The notes under the pieces: model-generated
What the model saw: only the letters and a program-made list of their open reading frames with translations
The model's database searches: none
What the model was told of the DNA's origin: nothing
Shown: positions 7,762-17,778 of the stretch, in pieces
Position numbering within the stretch: position 1 is the first letter of the stretch
Layout: the number at the start of each line of letters is the position of its first letter
IMG/VR virus record: IMGVR_UViG_3300017742_004322
Span: 1-64,000 of that record
DNA: 64,000 bases
Strand: one strand, 5' to 3'
Source: a virus
Made by a program: the position numbers and the translations under genes

Positions 7762-10326
7762 TTAGAAGTTATACTTCAAAGAAGCATTCCAAGTACGTCC
7801 AAATCCAAACCAAACTGAATTACGAACATCAACACCGTTCCAGGTAGTTGAAGTTTCATCAGCATGAATACTTGTATTTGATTCTGCAATATAAACAGCA
7901 TCTAACAAGTTATTTACGTTAAGACGTAATGTCCAGTTTTTAAAACGAGACGTTAAACCTAAATCAACTAAACCATAAGAAGGTAATTTAACAGCACCTC
8001 TATTATCAGGAGTGTAAAATTCTTCATCTACAATTGAATAGTCAGCATATAGACCATCTACTAAACGAAGACCTAAATCAATACTAGTAGATTTAATTAG
8101 CTTATAATCAGCAGTAAAATAAGCAGTAGTTTGAGCTGCATCACCTACCTTAGCACCTTTTAAGTACAATGTACCTTCACCAATTTGAACTTGATTATCA
8201 TCAAACAATGCTGCTGTGAAATCTTTAGTATATCTCCAGTCACCTAAAGAAATCATACCTTTCAATCTCAACTTACTAGTAGCAAAGTAATCTGCTTCAA
8301 GCTCTATACCATTATGACGAACATCAATATCTGTAAATTGAGCTGAACCATCAACACCTTGAGAATTACTCAATGATACTGTTTGGAAACGATTTCCCCA
8401 TATAGTAGAATAAGCATTAACATTAACAGTTAAATTCTTAGCATTATAACCATAACCTACTTCAAATGAAATAATTTCTTCATTTTCTAGATCTGGGTTA
8501 ATTGTGTTTCCATAATTAGGGAATACAGCACCAAATTGAGCTTGACGTGAAATGTATCCTGTATTTACAAATATATTATGTACATCAGAAACGTTGTAGT
8601 TAACACCACCTTTTGCATATCCACCTAATTGATTATGAACATCTGAGATAGGCATTTCTGGTTGGTCGAAATAATCTTTACGTTGGAAAGATTGATTTGA
8701 TAAACCACCTTGAATTACTGCATTGTACTTACCGTCTTTATTATACTCAACTAAACCATTCAAACCTTGCCATCCTACAACACCTACGTTATAATAGTCA
8801 ATTTTTGGACCGTTTAATCCTGTATTATTAAATGGACTTGCATTAACTGTAGTGTTAATAATTTGACCATTTGAATTCTTATTTCCTGTTGAATAATATC
8901 CATCAAGACCCATCAAGTTATTTACTACACGATAGTGATAACCTGTATAAGAACGTAAATCAACACCAATTGATGTTTTAAAATTACCAAATTGTCCTTC
9001 TAAATTAGATATAGCACCAACCCAGTCATGTGAATTCATAGAAGCTCTACGTATAAGTACAACTCTATTAACATTACTATCGCGGAAACCATTTGATCCT
9101 ATCATTTGACCATCAAATCCTGAAATATCACCAGTATAACCATCTGTTGAGCTTTGATTTGCTGCAACAATTGCATCGAAATCAATAGCACCAGTAATAG
9201 AATCACGTGCACCTTTACCATCTTCAAGGTAGTGCTCTGTTAAATCCTTTCTAAAAGGTAAAATGTCAGTTGCAGATCCTCTATAGTTATTACCTCTTGG
9301 ACCTGTTCCTCCACCTCTACCAGCTGAACCATACAATGAGGTAACTAGTTTAAGGTTGTCTGAAATTTCCCAATCCCAGTTGAATGTTGCTAATGGCTTA
9401 TTATAGAAATTTCTACGCATAGAAAACTCTTCACCATTTAACATACCACCATTTGAATTCCATCTACGATTAATATCGCCAGTTTCTAGATCATCTCTAT
9501 CTCCATGGAAATTTTGATAATCACGAATAGATACCCAAACGTCTCTTTGATGATGTTGTTGTCCTGCACCTAAAAAGGTAAAGTTTAAGCTATGATCTGA
9601 ACCTTCTGGAGCATAACCTACAGCAGCAAAGTAGTTATAACCTTCACCTGCAGTACTGTTAATGTATCCATTACCTAACCATCTACTTAGAAGGAAAGAT
9701 GTTGCCCATCCACTCTTATTTTTACCACTATTCCAAACAGCTGATGTTTTAAAGTAACCATCGTTACCTGCCATTTGAGTCAATGATCCACCTGCTTTTT
9801 TATCAGCAGCTTTTGTATAGATACTTACCGTACCACCTACAGAAGGGACTGCTAATTTAGAAGCACCAAGACCTCTCTGAATCTGGATACCAGAAGCAAC
9901 GTCTGTAAGACCTTGCCAGTTGGACCAGTACAATCTACCATTTTCCATATCATTAACAGGTTGCCCGTTAATAAGGAATGAAGTGTTGGTTTGATCAAAT
10001 CCTCTTAAAGAGATCCTTGAATCACCATACCCACCACCTTGCTTGGTAGCGTACACACCTGGAGTTGTGTTCATAATTTCTGGGAACTCTAAGTTACCAG
10101 TCTTTAAAGAAATCTCTGCCATAGAGATTGTTGATACTGCTATTGGAGTTTCTCTCACTTTAGCAAGATCAATGACTCCTGATGAAACTACTATCTCTTC
10201 GAGCATAGTTGCATTCATTACAGAATCAATGGCATTAATGTCAGCGTCTGTACTTGTTTGACCAAGAGCAACGTTAACAGAAAATAGCATACCAATTAAT
10301 AGGAATGCGAATTTACCTTTTTTCAT
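7762..10326 (-). CDS. TonB-dependent outer-membrane receptor
   Basis: Signal peptide MKKGKFAFLLIG..., TonB-box-like LEEIVVS, plug motifs (ISLRGF, LINGQPVND), C-terminal NVNNLLD...GRTWNASLKYNF. Start moved to the ATG at 10326. Confidence 0.92.
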   Translation of the reverse strand: MKKGKFAFLLIGMLFSVNVALGQTSTDADINAIDSVMNATMLEEIVVSSGVIDLAKVRETPIAVSTISMAEISLKTGNLEFPEIMNTTPGVYATKQGGGYGDSRISLRGFDQTNTSFLINGQPVNDMENGRLYWSNWQGLTDVASGIQIQRGLGASKLAVPSVGGTVSIYTKAADKKAGGSLTQMAGNDGYFKTSAVWNSGKNKSGWATSFLLSRWLGNGYINSTAGEGYNYFAAVGYAPEGSDHSLNFTFLGAGQQHHQRDVWVSIRDYQNFHGDRDDLETGDINRRWNSNGGMLNGEEFSMRRNFYNKPLATFNWDWEISDNLKLVTSLYGSAGRGGGTGPRGNNYRGSATDILPFRKDLTEHYLEDGKGARDSITGAIDFDAIVAANQSSTDGYTGDISGFDGQMIGSNGFRDSNVNRVVLIRRASMNSHDWVGAISNLEGQFGNFKTSIGVDLRSYTGYHYRVVNNLMGLDGYYSTGNKNSNGQIINTTVNASPFNNTGLNGPKIDYYNVGVVGWQGLNGLVEYNKDGKYNAVIQGGLSNQSFQRKDYFDQPEMPISDVHNQLGGYAKGGVNYNVSDVHNIFVNTGYISRQAQFGAVFPNYGNTINPDLENEEIISFEVGYGYNAKNLTVNVNAYSTIWGNRFQTVSLSNSQGVDGSAQFTDIDVRHNGIELEADYFATSKLRLKGMISLGDWRYTKDFTAALFDDNQVQIGEGTLYLKGAKVGDAAQTTAYFTADYKLIKSTSIDLGLRLVDGLYADYSIVDEEFYTPDNRGAVKLPSYGLVDLGLTSRFKNWTLRLNVNNLLDAVYIAESNTSIHADETSTTWNGVDVRNSVWFGFGRTWNASLKYNF

Positions 10327-10367
10327 TGTTTTGAATTTAGTTAATATTAATGAATTGTGAATATAAT

Positions 10368-10392
10368 AAAAAAAGGCGGCCAAGGCCACCTT
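10368..10392 (-). terminator. Terminator-like hairpin upstream of the receptor start codon
   Basis: AAGGTGGCC-TT-GGCCGCC followed by T7. Confidence 0.7.
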
Positions 10393-10513
10393 CAATTATT
10401 CTTTTTGAATAAAAAGTCAAATTATTATTTATATAAAAGTAAGTACTATTCATATTTTTTATAATTATCTTAACATACATATTATAAAACTTTTGTTAAT
10501 TAATTCTAATTTT

Positions 10514-11152
10514 TTATGATATATAAGAATTTAAAAACTTATCGAGTCCCATTATATGTTTAATATAACCCCCCATGTTATGATCTGCAGTATTAAAAGG
10601 AAGCATCTTTACGTTAGGCATATCTTTTATATGATCAAATTGATTTACATCAAAAGAATTAAGTACTGGGACACATACATCAATTTTAGTAGAATAATTA
10701 ATACTACTTAAATGATATTTTAAATCTACACAATACATATCACCTTTGTATAAATTATCTAATTCCTTCATCCAGGGGAAATCTTTTAGATCTTTACTTA
10801 ATAAAGTTTGGGGTGAAAAAGCAACTACTTGATTAACATTTAATAAAGTTCCAAATAAAATTGCAGCAAAGGCTCCAGCTGAGTTTCCTATGCATATTGT
10901 TGTTTGGTATTTAGAAGAATAGCTTTTAATTAATTCTACTGTACTTTCTACACTATTATGTTTTTGTGAAATCCCATTTTGATACCAAATTCTTTTAGGA
11001 TCTTTTACGAATAAAGAATCAACTTTAAGATTTTTTACTGATGAGTTAAATTCAAACATAGACATACCCATCTTTTGATGGAGCCCTCCAAAAGATACTA
11101 ATAAGGTTTTATTTCCTTTTGGATTATACTGTATATTTTCGTCTTCAATCAC
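10514..11152 (-). CDS. Alpha/beta hydrolase-fold protein
   Basis: GNSAG nucleophile elbow, AFSPQ, C-terminal His. Confidence 0.75.
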   Translation of the reverse strand: MIEDENIQYNPKGNKTLLVSFGGLHQKMGMSMFEFNSSVKNLKVDSLFVKDPKRIWYQNGISQKHNSVESTVELIKSYSSKYQTTICIGNSAGAFAAILFGTLLNVNQVVAFSPQTLLSKDLKDFPWMKELDNLYKGDMYCVDLKYHLSSINYSTKIDVCVPVLNSFDVNQFDHIKDMPNVKMLPFNTADHNMGGYIKHIMGLDKFLNSYIS

Positions 11153-11155
11153 AAT

Positions 11156-11749
11156 TTATGATATATTCCATGAGATAGCTATCCTAGATTCCGTACTATC
11201 ATTTGGTAATACTGCATGCCTCACATAAGGTGGGAAAACGGTGTAATAACCTGTAGCCGGGTAAAGATATGTGTTAGTCCAATTTAAAGGATTTGTACTA
11301 TCTTTTTTAGGGATTTGAGTTAATAAAGCTGGAAATACTGGAGTTTCAAATTCTAATGGAGAACTATTTTCTGGTACTTGAAGATACCAAACACCTGAAA
11401 GTAAACAATTATAATGAGTATGGGATTTATGAAAACTACCTTTTTCTAAAGCATTTGCAATTAAAAATATCTCACCCTTTAAGAAATCTGAATCATAACC
11501 CAATTGATCAAGATATTGTTTGCTTACATTAAAAACAAACTCTTTCATCAAGTCCATTTCTGGGTGTTCTGCTAATCTAAAGTCATCTTGGTTATGAGTT
11601 GTTTTACCTTTCCAAAAAAACTCAGTATCTGCTTGTTCTTCTAAAATTTTATTAATGATAGGTAAGTAATGATTTGCTAATTCTGTGTTCCATCCATAAC
11701 CCATTGATGTTGGGAAATATGATTCAATTTTTACGTCTGTCTCTACCAT
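11156..11749 (-). CDS. Putative 2OG-Fe(II) oxygenase (TIGR02466-like)
   Basis: HTH...SGVWY...FP..VRHAV.PN...RIAISWN. Confidence 0.85.
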   Translation of the reverse strand: MVETDVKIESYFPTSMGYGWNTELANHYLPIINKILEEQADTEFFWKGKTTHNQDDFRLAEHPEMDLMKEFVFNVSKQYLDQLGYDSDFLKGEIFLIANALEKGSFHKSHTHYNCLLSGVWYLQVPENSSPLEFETPVFPALLTQIPKKDSTNPLNWTNTYLYPATGYYTVFPPYVRHAVLPNDSTESRIAISWNIS

Positions 11750-11751
11750 AA

Positions 11752-12690
11752 TTACTTATACCAACCTGTATAGCTGATCCTTTTATTATTTATTCCTTGT
11801 GCTACTTCACTTACTAAATGTGGCGCACCTTCTTTATTTTCCCATTTTGTATCAAAAATAGATAAAGTATTAAATGGAGGTGATATTGTTTTGTTTATAG
11901 TTTTCCAATCCCAATCCATTCTCATAAACAAACCTCCCATTTCAGGTTTCCAACCTTTTGACATGTGAAAAACAAATGCAATTCTTCCATTTGAACCATC
12001 AGTATGAGGACCATTATAATGACCTGGACCATAATTAGAAATAAAGGTACTACCTTCACTGTATTCTAAATTTTCATATCCAGTAATGCTGGACAAGTAG
12101 TCTAGAAATCTTTTATCTTGAAATATTTTTAAATATGAATGTAGTTGAACACTTAAATCACTAGTTCTTCTATAAATGTAACTAAAAATACCTTGATTAT
12201 TTAAATCATGGCAATGGGCTATTCTTTGAGGTATACTAGGATCATTAGATTTAGCCCTATACATATGGTAATATGAAGGATTATCTATAGCAGATTGTTC
12301 ATAATCAAAATCAGGATCGGGGTATAAGATTAAATCCCACCAATCATCAGGTTGGTTAAAATAATAATTATGAAGTGTATTTATTTGAGTCTCAGGGAAT
12401 AAATTAGTAATATTTACTGCTTGATTTTTATTCCATTGTTGTTTATAATCCTCTAGATTATTTAACTGTAAATTAAAGTTACCAGTATCAGTATCAGGAT
12501 TCATTCCAAGGTCCATACGTTGCCTACTATCTGAAGGGATTTCAGGATGAATTTGGTTGGTTTGAGGGTGAAATTGAGATGTAGTTTTATCTATAGATTG
12601 AACAGGTGTTGATACTAAACCTGCTTGTTCATCTATTGTTTGTTGATAACCATTTTGGGAGAAATCACCTCCCTGTTGTCCTTTGATCAT
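11752..12690 (-). CDS. 2OG-Fe(II) oxygenase (prolyl-hydroxylase-like)
   Basis: HTD...WKPEMGG...H.V..V...RISYTGW. Confidence 0.85.
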   Translation of the reverse strand: MIKGQQGGDFSQNGYQQTIDEQAGLVSTPVQSIDKTTSQFHPQTNQIHPEIPSDSRQRMDLGMNPDTDTGNFNLQLNNLEDYKQQWNKNQAVNITNLFPETQINTLHNYYFNQPDDWWDLILYPDPDFDYEQSAIDNPSYYHMYRAKSNDPSIPQRIAHCHDLNNQGIFSYIYRRTSDLSVQLHSYLKIFQDKRFLDYLSSITGYENLEYSEGSTFISNYGPGHYNGPHTDGSNGRIAFVFHMSKGWKPEMGGLFMRMDWDWKTINKTISPPFNTLSIFDTKWENKEGAPHLVSEVAQGINNKRISYTGWYK

Positions 12691-12709
12691 AACTAATTAG
12701 TTTTTTTTA

Positions 12710-13378
12710 TCAAATATCTGTGTTGTCAAAAAATTCGAAAAATTCATTTTCCCAATTCGAAGAATTATCAACTGTCATTTCCATATCATCATCTCTTGAT
12801 GCATCTATAAATGAATCGCTTTTTAGATAAGTTTCAATTTCATCATCTGAGTATTTATCTCCTAATATAGTATTAAAGAAATTAAATTCAGTTTCATCAA
12901 CTACGTTTTCACTTAGGAAATTTTTCCATTTAGTTGTATACCCTTCTTCCATACTATCAATTGAATCCATATCTGCTAAATCGTCTTCATCTTGAAAATC
13001 TATACCTAAAGCAAAATTATCTACAAAATCTTCCATTTTCATAGAAGGTCTTGCATACATCCAATCTCCAGTTTGTGGAGCCCAAAGATAAGCATAATCA
13101 GTTCCATCCGCTGAATCTCTAAAATATTGTAAGGAAGAAACTAAATCACTATCACCAACTGTTCTTGGTGCTTCTTGATTATTAGCTTCTATATCTCCTG
13201 TTTCTGGGTCAACAAATGAAACATATCCCATATTAGCTATTTCTTTAGCTTTTTCATCTGTAGAATAGTGTTTATTTAATGCAACTCCTAAATTTTCAGG
13301 GTAACCATCATAATGGTTATATGTTGTAGTAATTGTATTGTCTGGATTTAGATAACCAATAAGTGCTCTTGTAGCCAT
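12710..13378 (-). CDS. Hypothetical phage protein with acidic C-terminus
   Basis: MATRALIG...YNHYDGYP..LG motif; promoter at 13401-13433. Confidence 0.7.
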   Translation of the reverse strand: MATRALIGYLNPDNTITTTYNHYDGYPENLGVALNKHYSTDEKAKEIANMGYVSFVDPETGDIEANNQEAPRTVGDSDLVSSLQYFRDSADGTDYAYLWAPQTGDWMYARPSMKMEDFVDNFALGIDFQDEDDLADMDSIDSMEEGYTTKWKNFLSENVVDETEFNFFNTILGDKYSDDEIETYLKSDSFIDASRDDDMEMTVDNSSNWENEFFEFFDNTDI

Positions 13379-13400
13379 AATCTAATTTTATTTATATGTT

Positions 13401-13433
13401 ATAAATATACGAAAAATAACTTAGGAAAACAAA
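13401..13433 (-). promoter_or_regulatory. Class 1 promoter
   Basis: TTTGT-N15-TTCGTATATTTAT. Confidence 0.7.
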
Positions 13434-13434
13434 T

Positions 13435-13977
13435 CTATTGCCATTTTTCTGCATTAAAATCTTTAGAAGATATTGTTAATTCTTCAGCTCTAAATCTAGG
13501 ATCTACTCTTTCTATTGTTTCCAAAATGTCTGGTATTGAGTTCCAAAATATAGAATTTTCAGATTCTTTATTATATTCATTATCTACAAAATATTGAATT
13601 ATAGTATTAGTATCTAAAGTAATAAAACCATGAGCATAACCAACAGGACAGTAAACTGCATTACCAGCTTCAATAGCATAATAATGCATTTTACCATACT
13701 CTTTACTTTCAGGTTTTATGTTAACCATAAAATCAATAATAGCCCCTTGTATTACTTGAATGAATTTTGATTGTTGGTATGGTTGTTTTTGGTAATGTAA
13801 ACCTCTTAAAGTCCATTTTTTTGGATTAATGCTAATATTAGATTGAATCCATTTTTTATTTAATACACCTTCACCTTCAGTTAATTGGGATGGATAAAAT
13901 ATACCTCTTTCATCTGTAAAAACATCTGTATAAAAATGTTGAGGGTTTTCCTTTTCTAAACAAGGTATACAAGCCAT
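13435..13977 (-). CDS. rmlC: dTDP-4-dehydrorhamnose 3,5-epimerase family
   Basis: FTDERG, TLRGLHYQ and GYAHGF motifs. Confidence 0.9.
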   Translation of the reverse strand: MACIPCLEKENPQHFYTDVFTDERGIFYPSQLTEGEGVLNKKWIQSNISINPKKWTLRGLHYQKQPYQQSKFIQVIQGAIIDFMVNIKPESKEYGKMHYYAIEAGNAVYCPVGYAHGFITLDTNTIIQYFVDNEYNKESENSIFWNSIPDILETIERVDPRFRAEELTISSKDFNAEKWQ

Positions 13978-14006
13978 AATAGTAGGTTTTTTATCTTAAA
14001 TAAATA

Positions 14007-14417
14007 TTATAAATTATACTTAGACTTATATTTTTCTATAAATGAAGATCCAACACTTAATTCTAATATTTCTGCAGTACTAGGAACTCCAGCAAGTTTA
14101 TCTTGAGTTATAATCCAGTCAATACTTTCGTTTCTCCAAACTTTCATTTTAGTTTTAGCATTTGAACGATTTGACGTTTTAAAGACCATTACTACTGGTT
14201 GTTTATTGTATGCTTTACCTTTTTCAGGTTTAACAACTGGGAATTTTTCACCTTTAGCTGGGAAATGGTCTACTCTATATGCACCATTAGGGTATTTATC
14301 AAGATCAAAATGATAAACTAATTTATAACCTAATTCTGGTTTGGTTGGTGTTTCATAACACGTTTGAACATATTTAGTTCTCCTTACTGCTTCTTCTGAT
14401 GGTCTACCTCTACTCAT
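14007..14417 (-). CDS. Hypothetical protein
   Basis: 136-aa ORF. Confidence 0.65.
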   Translation of the reverse strand: MSRGRPSEEAVRRTKYVQTCYETPTKPELGYKLVYHFDLDKYPNGAYRVDHFPAKGEKFPVVKPEKGKAYNKQPVVMVFKTSNRSNAKTKMKVWRNESIDWIITQDKLAGVPSTAEILELSVGSSFIEKYKSKYNL

Positions 14418-14589
14418 AGATCATTAATTAAATCGTTAATATCACTTACTGCTAACTCACATTCGTGATCTTCGCTTTCACCATCTTCAACTTCCATATT
14501 GGCTAAAGCGTAAAATTCCATAATTTCACTTCCTAATGAAGGGTGTTTTTCAACTACTTCTTGACAGTACTGGTATAAATCTCTTAGTG

Positions 14590-14760
14590 TCATAGCTTAC
14601 CTGTTTCAAATGGATCAAAATTAACATCTTCCTCAATTGCGATTTGAGTATCTAAGTACTCTGTAATTCGCTCTTGAGTTGACTCATTTAATACCTCAAA
14701 CTCATTTGATATTTCAGTAAGCCTTTTTAACATTTTTAGCACATCAATATTATCTAACAT
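14590..14760 (-). CDS. 56-aa hypothetical protein
   Basis: True start is probably the ATG at 14760, downstream of the promoter at 14798-14830. Confidence 0.6.
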   Translation of the reverse strand: MLDNIDVLKMLKRLTEISNEFEVLNESTQERITEYLDTQIAIEEDVNFDPFETGKL

Positions 14761-14797
14761 AACTCTTATTTTACGGCTTCTTGCCTTATTCAACACC

Positions 14798-14830
14798 GTG
14801 AATATACGAACCCTATCTTGGGTAACCAAG
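14798..14830 (-). promoter_or_regulatory. Class 1 promoter; its leader is duplicated at 52762-52814
   Basis: CTTGG-N15-TTCGTATATTCAC. Confidence 0.75.
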
Positions 14831-14841
14831 CATTTTATTGA

Positions 14842-15168
14842 TTATTTATATCTTTTATATTTAATAGATGAGCGTACAGGGTTTTTATCTATGTTATATA
14901 GTGGGGTTAATTCATTGATAAATGCTCCCTCAATTGTTTCAATTGTTTTTTTATCACAATTAAAAGGTTTTATAACCCACTTAAATGTCCAATTGCTACC
15001 TTCTTCTCTTAGGGTTTTTCTAAATACACTTTCGTATCCATTTTCATATTTGAAATAATTTCTATGATTGGATTCTAATCTATCTATAGTAACACCTGAT
15101 GAACCTATGTAGGCTATTTCTCCGTTTTCAGTAATACACTTGTAGATACCATTCATATTATACTGCAA
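14842..15168 (-). CDS. GIY-YIG nuclease-domain protein
   Basis: GIYKC...YIGSS...R...H...E...YN. Confidence 0.8.
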   Translation of the reverse strand: MQYNMNGIYKCITENGEIAYIGSSGVTIDRLESNHRNYFKYENGYESVFRKTLREEGSNWTFKWVIKPFNCDKKTIETIEGAFINELTPLYNIDKNPVRSSIKYKRYK

Positions 15169-15529
15169 ATATTTTATTTAAACGAGCACTACCTACAAAA
15201 CCATATGTTTGTAGTTTTTCATGTAAATCAAAATCAAGATATGAATTCCATTCATCTACCATCCGTTTGCTTAAATTGGCATTATTAATAGCATCAATAA
15301 CAGCACCTCTAATTTCAATTGGTAAGTGATGATTTTCACGTTCGTGTTCTGTTGAATTTAACCATTTAGCGTATTCTTCTTGACTCATACCACTATTTAA
15401 TATTTTAGCTAATACATCAATTTCATCAATATAATGATCTCCAGTAACTTCATCACCATCATCAAATGCTTGATTCATTAATACTCTTAAACGTTTGATT
15501 TCTATTTCTAATTCTAATCTATGCATAAT

Positions 15530-15994
15530 TTATTTAATATTTAATTCTTCCATCACTTCTTTCATGTGACGGCATTTACGGTCTTTTGCTCTATATTGAC
15601 CCATACAATTACAAGTTACTTTAAATTCACTAACCTGCTTTACTACATACCAGCTATCTGGATCTGATTTTGATTCAAATTTCCATTCTCTTGGATTTTC
15701 AATTTTAGTACTACCTTTTTTTCTCCCACGAGTTTCCTCTTCAGCTACCTTAATATCAGCAAGAGTAGTTTGTGGTAATACTTCAATCCAATCTGGTGTA
15801 AGATATGTTTTACCATCTGCTGGAGATGTCATTAAGCCATGATATGGGGTTCTTGATTCATAATGGAATCTACTTACACCTACAAATGAACCTAATCCTT
15901 TAGGCTTGTATGTAAATTGTGAATCTTCAGTGTACATAATACGGGTTCTAAGATGACCGTATTTATTTAAATTTTTAAATTTCCAAAGTGGCAT
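15530..15994 (-). CDS. SWIM zinc-finger protein
   Basis: CNC-x9-CRH near the C-terminus. Confidence 0.75.
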   Translation of the reverse strand: MPLWKFKNLNKYGHLRTRIMYTEDSQFTYKPKGLGSFVGVSRFHYESRTPYHGLMTSPADGKTYLTPDWIEVLPQTTLADIKVAEEETRGRKKGSTKIENPREWKFESKSDPDSWYVVKQVSEFKVTCNCMGQYRAKDRKCRHMKEVMEELNIK

Positions 15995-16016
15995 ATGTAT
16001 AACCTTTATTTATAAT

Positions 16017-16049
16017 GTAAATATACGAACAATTTTTGGAATAACCAAA
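16017..16049 (-). promoter_or_regulatory. Class 1 promoter
   Basis: TTTGG-N15-TTCGTATATTTAC. Confidence 0.75.
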
Positions 16050-16051
16050 TA

Positions 16052-17038
16052 TTATGGCATATTTCTTATTTTAAATACTCCCCAATATAAATCCGTAAAT
16101 TCAGGATCTAATACTTCATTAATAACCTCACCATTAATTTCAACTATTTCACATTTAGTAGGTTTATAATCTAAGTTAAATTCAAAGGTTGAAGCTTTAT
16201 CTAATATTATATGTTTATTATTTCCAAAATTAAATGTTATACTATAGATATGTTGTTTTAATTCCCAAATAAATACGTTAACATTATTATTATCTTCGTC
16301 CCAACCAATATTACAATATGTTATATATTGTAAAGTTTTTGGAAAATCTTTTGGTATATCACCATGTTTTCTTAACCCTGTTGATGTTAAGGTAGCTGGT
16401 AGGTTGGGTTTGGTTTTTAAGATATGATAGTTTAATTCACTTACTTTAAAACATTCTTGCATAAAATCTTCAGAAATAAAATTATCACGCCTAGTAATTA
16501 AGTCACGATAAAAAGTTTCTGTCATTACACCCTTTAATTTGGTAAAACTAGGATTAATTTTAAAACCTATAGAAGTTCCATCAAGCCCTTTTTCAGGTTG
16601 ATGTTTAACAGGAGTAAATTTATGACATATTACTTCGTGGTCAATTAATTTATCTAAACATACTTCTCTAAATGGTTGAAAATTAGTTAAATCTACATCA
16701 TAAACTAACCAATAAGCTATTTCATAACCTAAATTTCTAACAAAACCTAATGATTTTACTATTTGTTCTAAAGCAGCATACCCATAATCAGGAAACCAAT
16801 TTGAAATATATTTCCCTTCAGCTATTGACCAATGATTTAATGTTCGTTCTTGTATAATTGGGTTTGATTTATCATAAATCCAATAATCACACATTTTTTG
16901 TGTTGACTCTGGGATAGGATATCTACCAAATACTAAAACATCTAATCCTAATTTTTTTGCTTTTTTAATACTAGTTTCTAAAGCATTTAATTTAGCTTTT
17001 GTATTACAATATGAACCAAATATAACTATTTCTTTCAT
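16052..17038 (-). CDS. Hypothetical, possibly GT-A-fold glycosyltransferase-like; paralog of 27347-28279
   Basis: Shared N-terminal pattern (S..NT..K...L ... YP....TQK ... NP) and a YD motif. Confidence 0.45.
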   Translation of the reverse strand: MKEIVIFGSYCNTKAKLNALETSIKKAKKLGLDVLVFGRYPIPESTQKMCDYWIYDKSNPIIQERTLNHWSIAEGKYISNWFPDYGYAALEQIVKSLGFVRNLGYEIAYWLVYDVDLTNFQPFREVCLDKLIDHEVICHKFTPVKHQPEKGLDGTSIGFKINPSFTKLKGVMTETFYRDLITRRDNFISEDFMQECFKVSELNYHILKTKPNLPATLTSTGLRKHGDIPKDFPKTLQYITYCNIGWDEDNNNVNVFIWELKQHIYSITFNFGNNKHIILDKASTFEFNLDYKPTKCEIVEINGEVINEVLDPEFTDLYWGVFKIRNMP

Positions 17039-17778
17039 TCGAATTCTGGGGTTACTACACCTCTTTGTGAGACTACTTCTGAGGACTTACGATTAGCAAA
17101 TTTAATTGCTGCGCTTTCATCTTTTAATTGATAGTATTTTACTATAAAAGCAGCTGTAAATGTATCACCAGCACCTGAAACATCAATAGTATCTTGGGGG
17201 TTAGGTGATTCAAATAATATATTTTTATATTCAGCACCTTTTTTACCTAAAGTAGTAATAATATTATCTTTAGTTAAATTTGGGTTATTTAATTTTTCAG
17301 ATTCGTTTAATTTAACAAATGTAAAACCTTCAATAATATCATCAGTTAACTTACGTTTACTATCTAGAATAGATAAAGTTGATTTACGAGCAATTTCTTT
17401 TAAATCAGCGTTTGATAAAAACCCCTTATTATAATCACTAACTATTACAATATCAGCTTCAGCAATAGAAGAATCAATAAACATACTCCATTGGAGATGG
17501 TCATCAAATTTTTCACCCTTATCTACTCTAAGAAACATATGATTTGATTTTTCTTCTACGTAGCGTGTTTTAACAATTTTTTTCTTTTGAGTAATATTAG
17601 CCATTATAGCTTCAGGTGATAATGCTTTCACATTAGCAAATGTATTACCTGCCATTCCTGGGTTTTCAGTCGATTTAATTGGGTTTAAAACAGGTACTGG
17701 TGCCTCTGGTGATAATCGTTTAGCATCGCAGTAAACGAATTCATCAACACAAGTTTCTCCTATTACTAATACTTTCAT
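17035..17778 (-). CDS. hldA: PfkB-family kinase, heptose-7-phosphate kinase (RfaE domain I)-like
   Basis: RLSPEAPVPV, SDYNKG and DVSGAGDTF motifs. Confidence 0.85.
   Translation of the reverse strand: MKVLVIGETCVDEFVYCDAKRLSPEAPVPVLNPIKSTENPGMAGNTFANVKALSPEAIMANITQKKKIVKTRYVEEKSNHMFLRVDKGEKFDDHLQWSMFIDSSIAEADIVIVSDYNKGFLSNADLKEIARKSTLSILDSKRKLTDDIIEGFTFVKLNESEKLNNPNLTKDNIITTLGKKGAEYKNILFESPNPQDTIDVSGAGDTFTAAFIVKYYQLKDESAAIKFANRKSSEVVSQRGVVTPEFE

Noticed and set aside
10327-10510. Cobalamin or TPP riboswitch upstream of the TonB receptor
   Set aside because: The leader is very AT-rich and lacks recognisable aptamer consensus sequences.
14761-14829. Shared peptide RIFTVLNKARS in track ORFs 14590-14829 and 52597-52833 as a protein domain
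   Set aside because: It is the translation of a duplicated promoter and leader; the real starts are downstream.
14842-15168. GIY-YIG gene as an active mobile element
   Set aside because: It has only a short catalytic domain, with no intron context or evident target gene; kept as a plain CDS.
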